A DNA stretch of 59,318 nucleotides from a virus (lineage: Duplodnaviria; Caudoviricetes). Location: positions 1-59,318 of the IMG/VR virus record IMGVR_UViG_3300023174_000187, one strand, 5' to 3'. Made by a program: the position numbers and the translations under genes. Below, one piece after another: positions 57,837 through 59,318 of this stretch. Position 1 is the stretch's first letter. Each line of letters opens with the position of its first letter. The notes beneath the pieces are model-generated. The model saw only the letters and a program-made list of their open reading frames with translations. It was not told the DNA's origin and did not search any database.

Positions 57837-58680
57837 ATGGCAGCAACCTACAAGGTTCTTGGTCAGCAAAACCCATCAGCGGGTGCATTGACCACTCTTT
57901 ACACAGTTCCAGCGGGAAAGACAGCCGTTGTTTCCTCAATAACCGTATGTAATTTATCTTCAAGCGCACAGGCAACTTTCAGAATCGCTGTTCGCGTAGC
58001 AGGAGCGTCAATCACAAATGCTCAATACATCTCTTTCAATGTGTTTTTAGATTACAGCGAAACAAAGGCTTACACACTTGGATTGACTCTTGGAGCAACA
58101 GATGTAGTAAGCGTTTATGCTTCAAACACAAACTTAGCCTTTAGCGCGTTTGGGTCGGAGATTGTCTAATGCCTAATACTTCGCGAGGGTATCCATATCC
58201 ACTTTCAACAGCAGCAGCAGATGTGCCAGCGGATTTACTTCTTTTGGTCAATGCGCTCAATACTGATGTTGGTACTGTGGCAACCACAGCCTCAACAGGT
58301 GTAACAAACGCAGCAACAGCACTTCAAGCAGATACAGACAACACAACATTGACGATTATGGGAGCGTGGTTATAGTGCCTACATTACCAAAAGTGCTTTT
58401 CCGAGGAGCAGCAACTACAACAGTAACTACAACTTTGTACACAGTTCCAGCATCAACAACTGGAATAGTTACAAATATAGTTGTTACTAACACAGCCAAC
58501 GCAGCCCGCACCTTTACTTTGAAAATCAATGGTATTGATTTTGCGACTACGGCAGCGATAGCAGCAAACTCAATTGCGACATTCGACATCAAGCAAGTTT
58601 TGACAGCAACACAAATTGTTGCAGGTGGAGCATCAGCAACAGATGTCAATTTCCATATTAGCGGAGTGGAGATTTCCTAA
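57837..58680 (+). CDS. Three small virion proteins (57837-58169, 58169-58375, 58366-58680)
   Basis: TTLYTVPA motif in the first and third; YPYP in the second. Confidence 0.7.
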
Positions 58681-59318
58681 TGGCTAGTACAGTATTTCCA
58701 GTACCTAGCAGCGCGAGTGTAAGTACTCTCAAACAAACATTTTATGCTCCAACAGCAAGCACTGTTATTTATGGTGCTAGTACATCCTTGAGTGCAGGTG
58801 TTTACACTTTGACTTGTACCTCCTCGACAATTACCACAATGACTTTTTATAGTGGCGATACTGCTATACTTACAGCAGTAACAGCATCGGGAACAGTAAG
58901 CATCAATCTTTCACAAGCAGCAACCCGTGTGACCTACTACACAAACACAGGTTCAACAATTCAAATTGACCTACAAATTACAGGTCTAGCGGTCACATAC
59001 GCAGCAACAGGTACTTTGACGACTCTTACTACAACGCAGACATGGGCTTCAAACGCAGCAGGTCCCGCATATGTAGTTATAGTTGGGGGTGGAGGTTCAG
59101 GACGCGGAGGTCAGCCGTACGCTTCGACAGCAGGTGGCGGTGGTTCAGGTGGTGTCGGGGGACAAACTGTTGCTTTGTCTGCTACAAACTATGCAATCAC
59201 AATCGGGACTGGTGGCGTTAGCACTGGGCAAAATTCATTTGCGGGAAATGCAACAAACGCTTTTGGTATCACTTCAAACGGCGGTGGCGGTGGTTCAGCA
59301 GGTGGCGGTGGTTCAGGT
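58680..59318 (+). CDS. N-terminal part of the glycine-rich fibre protein (ends at 451 after circularisation)
   Basis: TAATG-coupled ATG; open to the window end; VIVGGGGSG..GGGGSGG. Confidence 0.85.
   Translation, partial: MASTVFPVPSSASVSTLKQTFYAPTASTVIYGASTSLSAGVYTLTCTSSTITTMTFYSGDTAILTAVTASGTVSINLSQAATRVTYYTNTGSTIQIDLQITGLAVTYAATGTLTTLTTTQTWASNAAGPAYVVIVGGGGSGRGGQPYASTAGGGGSGGVGGQTVALSATNYAITIGTGGVSTGQNSFAGNATNAFGITSNGGGGGSAGGGGSG
59180..59305. repeat. Terminal direct repeat, copy 2
   Basis: Identical to 1-126. Confidence 0.95.

Noticed and set aside
59306-59318. Mismatches to 127-139 as DGR-like or phase variation
   Set aside because: The last bases copy the upstream CAGCAGGTGGCGGTGGTTCAGGT near 59128, consistent with an assembly-graph artefact; no reverse transcriptase in the genome
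1-59318. tRNAs, integrase/attP, introns or inteins, alternative genetic code
   Set aside because: No cloverleaf or recombinase motifs noticed; TerL, portal and capsid are uninterrupted; all three stop codons end real genes. Checked by eye only

Overview
This window looks like a complete, circularly permuted dsDNA tailed-phage genome of about 59.2 kb. Positions 1-126 recur exactly at 59180-59305, and one Gly-rich fibre gene reads across that join. It has siphovirus-type morphogenesis genes and relies on host replication (initiator, loader, SSB; no polymerase). I found no integrase, tRNA or CRISPR array. WhiB, a TIGR04338-like peptidase, a GP88-like protein and many leaderless starts point to an actinobacterial host, plausibly a low-GC freshwater lineage (inference). 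Main observations: (1) Seven early-region promoter cassettes each carry a CRP/GlxR-type box (GTGR-N6-TCACA) starting exactly 36 bp before the -35, followed by a weak -10, a covarying 5' hairpin and an AGGGAGG RBS. (2) An unannotated Mu Com-like zinc finger lies upstream of tandem GAGNCC boxes, one of which overlaps a terminator in front of the tail-tube genes. (3) A ParB/glycosyltransferase/methyltransferase/WbqC/PIG-L cluster sits beside the terminase. (4) The MuF head protein is fused to a RelA/SpoT-like toxin domain and followed by a candidate immunity gene. (5) A standalone MgsA C-terminal domain appears to start at ATT. (6) The prohead protease appears split. (7) There is a sulfation module. 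All product calls come from motif recognition by eye; no database searches were run.
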